Part shown: positions 59,069-64,000 of the stretch, one piece after another | Layout: each line of letters begins with the position of its first letter | How positions within the stretch are numbered: position 1 is the first letter of the stretch | Assembly: GCA_965233865.1 (NCBI GenBank) | Contig: OZ247587.1 | Coordinates: forward strand, 1,344,001-1,408,000 | Direction: 5' to 3' | Length of the DNA: 64,000 bases | From: Candidatus Neptunichlamydia sp. | GTDB lineage: Bacteria > Chlamydiota > Chlamydiia > Chlamydiales > Simkaniaceae | Translations under genes and position numbers: made by a program | Notes under the pieces: model-generated | Databases searched by the model: none | What the model saw: the letters and a program-made list of their open reading frames with translations, nothing else | What the model was told of the DNA's origin: nothing

Positions 59069-59776
59069 TGATCTTCCCCCGTTTCTGTAGACACTTTTAA
59101 CATAGATTATTCTCATGTTTTTCTTCAAATTTCACCGGGCTCAAATATCCCAATGTTGAATGCCTTCTCTTATTGTTATAGTAGCATTCTATATAGTTAA
59201 ATATTTCCTTTTCAGCAACTTCTGTATCTTTAAAAAACTTTAGCTCCTACGCATTCTCTCTTAAGAGAATTGAAAAAACTTTCCATTGAGGCATTGTCAT
59301 AGCAACTTCCTTTTCCACTCATGCTTCCAAGCATGTTGTTTTTCTTTAGGCTTTTATCTATTGCTTCAAAGCCGTATTGTGACCCTTGATCGCTATGAAA
59401 TATTATCCCTTCTACAGCTCCTCTTCTTGAGACGGCCTGCTCTAAAGCTTGTATGACCAGTTCTTTTCTCATATGCTTTTTGATGGAATGTCCAACGATT
59501 TTCCTAGAGTAAAAATCCTATTTTCTTTTTTCAGTCGCTTAATCTCTTCTTCTTCCCTTGCCTGCTTCTCAGTCTTAATCAATCGACTATGGTCATGCTT
59601 ACTGAGTCATACTTTTAGCGTAGAAACACCTATACCCAGATCATTTGCTACCTCTTCTCTCACTAACTTGATCGCATTCCCTTTAAATTCATCATTGAAT
59701 TTTTTCATTTGCTTTTACTCTTCTTTAAGTTCGAGAAGTTTATATCATAACTGTCCTATTTTTCGGGGGAAGATCA
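59069..59776 (-). mobile_element. IS3-family element, internally deleted and pseudogenised (708 bp)
   Basis: TG...CA ends with IRs tgatcttcccccg / cgggggaagatca. OrfA MKKFNDEFK..AIKLV has a stop; integrase core HSDQGSQY, CYDNASMESFF..LKRE, then frameshifted YYNNKRRHSTLGYLSP. Confidence 0.9.
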
Positions 59777-59833
59777 TTATATCCAGAGCCCTCTAAAACT
59801 TCTCGGTTCTAAACAGCTAGATTAGGCTTGTGA

Positions 59834-60703
59834 CTAGCCACTTTGGAAATGCTTTTTGACAAGAGCATCTTCTTTCTGAAGATAGATTGACATAATCGTT
59901 TGCATTTTCTTTTCCGCGTCGCATTTAGGAGCGACTTTATCGCGACCTAGAGCGGTAAGATATTGCCGTGTTGAAGCTGAAGCTTTAACTTTTGGCAAGA
60001 CTTCTGCTGCAGTATCAATGTAAGACTTAATTTTAGCATCGACAAGATCTCCTTGGCAAGCATCTTTCATCTGCTTCATTTTCTCTACTTGGAGAACGAG
60101 ATATTGTTTTTGAAATGTTTCCTGGTCGATTTGACCTCGAGAGAGTGCAACCCCTATAGAGAGCCCTTTGAGCCAGAGTTCTGTATCGATATTGATCAGA
60201 TTATTTTCTAGGGAGGTGACACCATCTCCTTTAAACTTATTGCTAAGCTGATGAACGTATTCAATGCTTTCTAGTTCGTGAGGATTTGGAGAAAAGAAGA
60301 CCATATCGCGGACTTCACTGCTAATCTTCTCGCAAGGATTATCGATACAAACTTCAACGAGCTCTCGGTTTTGAGCTTCATGAAGGGCAGCGATTTCCTT
60401 CTTGAAGGCATCCCCTTTTTCGCTTTGATAGTCAGTGACCATTTCTGAAAGTTTCTTTCGCTCTTCTAAGGCCGAATTAAACTCCCATTTCTTGCTTTTT
60501 GCTTTGTAGGAAGTGTCGATAGATTTCAAAAAATTATTATACTTCCCTTCACGATAATCGGATAGGACTTCTTCAATGAGCTTTTGTTGAGAAGCAACAC
60601 CCTGTTCAGATTTTATGCTTTCAATTTTAATCGTATCTTCTTTCGCTACAATAGGTAACATTAGTAATGCTGCAATAAAAGGAATAAGCAAAAATTTCTT
60701 CAT
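59834..60703 (-). CDS. Secreted helical hypothetical protein
   Basis: MKKFLLIPFIAALLMLPIVA signal peptide from ATG 60703; Lys/Glu-rich body. Confidence 0.8.
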   Translation of the reverse strand: MKKFLLIPFIAALLMLPIVAKEDTIKIESIKSEQGVASQQKLIEEVLSDYREGKYNNFLKSIDTSYKAKSKKWEFNSALEERKKLSEMVTDYQSEKGDAFKKEIAALHEAQNRELVEVCIDNPCEKISSEVRDMVFFSPNPHELESIEYVHQLSNKFKGDGVTSLENNLINIDTELWLKGLSIGVALSRGQIDQETFQKQYLVLQVEKMKQMKDACQGDLVDAKIKSYIDTAAEVLPKVKASASTRQYLTALGRDKVAPKCDAEKKMQTIMSIYLQKEDALVKKHFQSG

Positions 60704-60885
60704 GAGAAATGCTCCGTATTTATATCTAATGGAATATCTATTATACCTTATTCTGAATAAAAAATACATGTCTCATTATGTTAAAAATATTTTTAATTCA
60801 ATGCTTCCTCTTTAAGGAAATTTTGTTTCTATAAAAGATTTCACTTGGAAAAAATTAGTGAAATAGGATAAAAAAGATGGATCAT

Positions 60886-60956
60886 GCGCCTGTAGTTCAA
60901 CGGTAGAACAATAGCCTTCCAAGCTATTAGTATCAGTTCGATTCTGATCAGGCGCT
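60886..60956 (+). tRNA. tRNA-Gly(TCC)
   Basis: Acceptor stem GCGCCTG/CAGGCGC, anticodon arm ATAGC-CTTCCAA-GCTAT, T-loop TTCGATT. No encoded CCA. Confidence 0.95.
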
Positions 60957-61032
60957 TTTTTATCAATATTAACCAAGACCGAAATCCTAACCTGAGAGTT
61001 GGGATGCCGTCGTCAAACAAAAGGGACAAGGC

Positions 61033-61803
61033 TTGGCACAAGACCAGACTGTTACTATTTCCATTAAGGATCTACTCGAAGCTGGGGCGCATTTCGGCCA
61101 CCAGAAGCAACGATGGAATCCCAAGATGAAGCGCTTTATTTTCGAAGAGCGCAGTGGGATTTACATCATCGACCTCGCAAAAACCATGCAGCAAATTCGT
61201 ATCGCAATTGATATTGTGATCTCTACCGTTGAAAAGCACCAAAGCATCTTGTTTGTTGGAACCAAAAAACAAGCAAAAGATGTCATTAAAGAGTGCGCAG
61301 AACGATGTGGTGAATTTTATGTTGCAGAACGCTGGCTTGGTGGAATGCTTACTAACTTGAAAACCATCAGAGGTTCAGTGAAAACCTTAGAGCGTGTTGA
61401 AAAGCAAATCGCTACAGGGGGTGACGGATTCACCAAAAAAGAGATGTCGCTACTAAATAAAGACCGCGACAAGCTCGATCGAAACCTTTCAGGTATCCGA
61501 GCAATGCGTAAACCCCCGGGGCTGATTGTTGTTGTCGATCCAAGTAAAGAGCATATCGCTGTTGCTGAAGCAAACAAGCTAGGTATCCCTGTAATGGCTC
61601 TTGTTGATACCAACTGCGACCCGGATCCTATCGATTATGTGATTGCATGTAATGATGATGCACTCAAGAGCATCAAGTTAATTACTCAGGCTCTTTCAGA
61701 TGTCATCATTGATAAGAAAGGTGAGCTGAATATTGCGATTGGCAAGGAAGAAACTGCTAAGAAGGCGGAAGCAAAGATTGAACCAAAAGAGGTGAAAGAA
61801 TGA
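61033..61803 (+). CDS. rpsB: 30S ribosomal protein S2
   Basis: LLEAGAHFGH, WNPKM, RWLGGMLTN, DTNCDP, NDDA. TTG start. Confidence 0.99.
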   Translation: MAQDQTVTISIKDLLEAGAHFGHQKQRWNPKMKRFIFEERSGIYIIDLAKTMQQIRIAIDIVISTVEKHQSILFVGTKKQAKDVIKECAERCGEFYVAERWLGGMLTNLKTIRGSVKTLERVEKQIATGGDGFTKKEMSLLNKDRDKLDRNLSGIRAMRKPPGLIVVVDPSKEHIAVAEANKLGIPVMALVDTNCDPDPIDYVIACNDDALKSIKLITQALSDVIIDKKGELNIAIGKEETAKKAEAKIEPKEVKE

Positions 61804-62645
61804 CGGTTACAGCCCAGATGGTCATGGAACTTAGGAAAAGAACTGGCGTTGGAATGTCTAAGTGTAAAGATGCGCTTACTGAAGCTGCTGGCGATATGGA
61901 AGAAGCAATTCATATCCTTCGAAAGAAGGGAATGGCATCTGCTGTCAAGAAGGGAAGTCGTGAAACAAACGAAGGTGTTGTTGGTATTTCTGAAAATGAC
62001 GAGGCGGCATACTTTGTTGAGGTGAATGTAGAGACAGACTTTGTCCTCCAAAACGATCGTTTTAAAAAATTCCTGAAAAACATCTGTGATGACACGCTTA
62101 AAACAAAGCCGAAATCTGCTGAAGACTTCATTCATCAGAAATACAGTCAAAACGAAGCGCTTACGATTGATGAGTATCGCGCGGAGACTGTGCATAGTCT
62201 TGGAGAGAACATTCAGATTAAGCGGATTCTTAACTTTAAAAAATCTGTTGACAGCTCACTTGGGATTTACTCCCATATGGGTGGGAAAATTGCATGTGCT
62301 GTAGTAATTAAAGGTGCAGGAGACGTTGATTCTCTTGCGCGCGATGTTGCAATGCACGTCGCTGCGGAAGCACCTGACTTTTTGAAACCTGACAAAATTT
62401 CTGCTGATATTCTGGCAAAAGAAGAAGAGATTGCTCGCAGCCAGATTCAAAACAAACCGCCTGAGATTATGGATAAAATTATTCAAGGAAAAATTAAGGC
62501 TTTTTATGAGCAATCGTGCTTGTTAAATCAGAAGTTCGTCAAAGATCCTTCAATGAACGTAGCAGATTATGTTGCGCAAGAAGGAAAAAAAGCGGGTAAG
62601 ACTCTCGAAGTTGTAGAGTTTGTTCGTTGGCAAATAGGTGAATAA
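61800..62645 (+). CDS. tsf: Elongation factor Ts
   Basis: LRKRTGVGMSKCKDAL, EVNVETDFV, AMHVAA, LLNQKFVKD. Confidence 0.99.
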   Translation: MTVTAQMVMELRKRTGVGMSKCKDALTEAAGDMEEAIHILRKKGMASAVKKGSRETNEGVVGISENDEAAYFVEVNVETDFVLQNDRFKKFLKNICDDTLKTKPKSAEDFIHQKYSQNEALTIDEYRAETVHSLGENIQIKRILNFKKSVDSSLGIYSHMGGKIACAVVIKGAGDVDSLARDVAMHVAAEAPDFLKPDKISADILAKEEEIARSQIQNKPPEIMDKIIQGKIKAFYEQSCLLNQKFVKDPSMNVADYVAQEGKKAGKTLEVVEFVRWQIGE

Positions 62646-63365
62646 GTGACAAAACCCTCTTACAAGCGCGTTCTTCTAAAACTCTCTGGTGAATCCCTCA
62701 AAGGAGAAGCGCCTGGAGTGATCGATCATGTGGCATGCGATCAAATTGCGAATGCAATTTGTGAAGTGTATGAGCTTGGTGTTGAGATTGGAGTCGTTAT
62801 TGGAGGAGGGAATATTTTCCGAGGAAATATGGCAGAGCAATTTGGCTTTGCTCGAACCCCAGCAGATCATGTAGGGATGCTTGCAACAACCATCAATGGT
62901 CTAATCCTTGGACAAGTCCTCTCAACAAAGGGATGCAAAACTCGCGTAATGAGTGCCCTGAATTTTGATGGAATCGTCGAACCCTACAATTGGAATCATG
63001 CCCTACACTCTCTTGACAAAGGACACGTTGTGATCTTTGTTGGAGGGACAGGAAACCCCTATTTTACAACGGATACAACAGCTGCCATGCGAGCCAGTGA
63101 AATCGAGGCAGAGGTTCTTTTAAAAGCTACGAAGGTCGATGGGATTTATGATATGGATCCTATGAAGCACAAAGAGGCTATTAAAAGTGATCACCTGACT
63201 TATGGCGAGGTTTTGACAAAGGATCTCCACGTGATGGACGGTGCGGCGATTGCCCTTTGCCGAGAAAGTGATATTCCAATTCATGTATTCAATCTCTTTG
63301 AAAAGGGTGCAATGCTGAAGGCTGTTACTGATCGAAAGGGCGGAACACTTGTAACGAAAGATTAA
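62646..63365 (+). CDS. pyrH: Uridylate kinase
   Basis: LLKLSGE, GGGNIFRG, GMLAT, GTGNPYFTTDT, VDGIY, VMD. Confidence 0.99.
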   Translation: MTKPSYKRVLLKLSGESLKGEAPGVIDHVACDQIANAICEVYELGVEIGVVIGGGNIFRGNMAEQFGFARTPADHVGMLATTINGLILGQVLSTKGCKTRVMSALNFDGIVEPYNWNHALHSLDKGHVVIFVGGTGNPYFTTDTTAAMRASEIEAEVLLKATKVDGIYDMDPMKHKEAIKSDHLTYGEVLTKDLHVMDGAAIALCRESDIPIHVFNLFEKGAMLKAVTDRKGGTLVTKD

Positions 63366-63368
63366 CCC

Positions 63369-63920
63369 GTGAGTATTATGGACGAATGCAAAGAAAATAT
63401 GGTAAAGGCTCTTGACCATTATAAAGCAGAGTTAAAAGGGATGAGGACAAGTCGTCCGAGTTCTTCGATGTTAGATAATGTTCCATTAGAAATCTATGGA
63501 GCCCCGATGCGGATGCGGGACGTTGCAACAGTCTCTGTTGCTGATGGTAATCAGCTTGTTGTAACTCCTTTTGATCCAAGCACGGCAAACTCTATTGCCA
63601 AAGGGATTGGAAAAGCAAATTTGAATCTTCAGCCTGCCGTTGATGGGAACGTTGTTCGTGTCCCTATCCCTCCAATGAGTGAAGAAAGGCGGAAGGAAAT
63701 TGCCAAAGATGCTCGCGAAAAAGGAGAGATGACAAAAGTTACGATTCGTGATGTGCGTCGAAAAGCTAACGATCTGAAAAAAAAACAGAAGTCTGATGGT
63801 GACATTACCGAAGATGACCTTAAAAGAGATGAGAAGATTATTCAAGAGCTTACAGATAAATTTTGCAAACAAGTTGATGAGCTCTTTGTAGAAAAGGAAA
63901 AAGATATCCTCGCAGTTTGA
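63369..63920 (+). CDS. frr: Ribosome recycling factor
   Basis: MRTSRP, YGAPM, PFD, PPMSEERR, IRDVRR, IQELTD, KEKDIL. Confidence 0.98.
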   Translation: MSIMDECKENMVKALDHYKAELKGMRTSRPSSSMLDNVPLEIYGAPMRMRDVATVSVADGNQLVVTPFDPSTANSIAKGIGKANLNLQPAVDGNVVRVPIPPMSEERRKEIAKDAREKGEMTKVTIRDVRRKANDLKKKQKSDGDITEDDLKRDEKIIQELTDKFCKQVDELFVEKEKDILAV

Positions 63921-63922
63921 TC

Positions 63923-63952
63923 TTGATTTATTACTGCTTTAGGAATTATAAT
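63923..63952 (+). promoter_or_regulatory. Probable sigma66/sigma70 promoter for the downstream tRNA
   Basis: TTGATT-18 bp-TATAAT between the frr stop and the tRNA start. Confidence 0.55.
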
Positions 63953-63979
63953 TCTCCATTAGACGACAGACTTTTATCT

Positions 63980-64000
63980 GGCCCCATCGTCTAGTTAGGC
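63980..64000 (+). tRNA. 5' end of a tRNA, probably tRNA-Glu (truncated by the window end)
   Basis: GGCCCCATCGTCTAG is a typical tRNA-Glu/Asp 5' end and follows a promoter. The anticodon is not visible. Confidence 0.65.

Noticed and set aside
2393..63872. Many short ORFs in the track that overlap identified genes (e.g. 7793-8176, 20776-21237, 43173-43595, 61686-62195)
   Set aside because: They are antisense or alternate-frame shadows of confidently identified genes and carry no motifs.
63960..63993. Leader TAGACGA complementary to the tRNA's TCGTCTA
   Set aside because: Only 7 bp and the tRNA is cut off by the window end, so it cannot be told apart from chance.
1..64000. CRISPR array, rRNA or prophage structural genes
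   Set aside because: No regularly spaced direct repeats, rRNA-like sequence or phage hallmark proteins were seen.

Overview
Chromosomal segment of an environmental chlamydia (phylum Chlamydiota; a Simkania-like lineage is my inference). The placement rests on chlamydia-type genes and gene orders: long PBP2, thrS-parA-CT583, mcsA-mcsB, psd-secA and tRNA-Gly-rpsB-tsf-pyrH-frr. Four accessory or decaying regions interrupt the core genes. (1) An ~11-kb glycan/small-molecule tailoring island between mnmE and ruvA, with a NodZ-like fucosyltransferase, ABC exporter, GT2, AsnB amidotransferase, epimerase, histidine phosphatase, WG-repeat/O-methyltransferase fusion, radical SAM/SPASM enzyme and GT4. 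Three of its four leftmost genes are disrupted, while the five right-hand genes are intact and resemble, from recollection, the core of the Wolbachia/Rickettsia 'Undecim' cluster. This is the best candidate for an undescribed system. (2) Surface-polysaccharide genes unlike those of pathogenic Chlamydia: two GT9 enzymes, a UDP-glucuronate epimerase, Wza, a kinase-degenerate Wzc, an O-antigen ligase/polymerase, and a Bcs1-like CDP-ribitol synthase. (3) An AT-rich patch at 40.5-45 kb with a SnoaL-LuxR regulator, an intact IS5, pseudogenes, and a gene split by an (AT)6 tract. (4) IS630, IS1 and IS3 relics plus a 93-bp IS630-derived MITE. A conserved hypothetical protein (50.3-52.2 kb) shows a candidate papain-like Cys/His/Asp-Asn triad. 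No CRISPR array or rRNA was seen. All calls come from reading motifs by eye; no searches were run.
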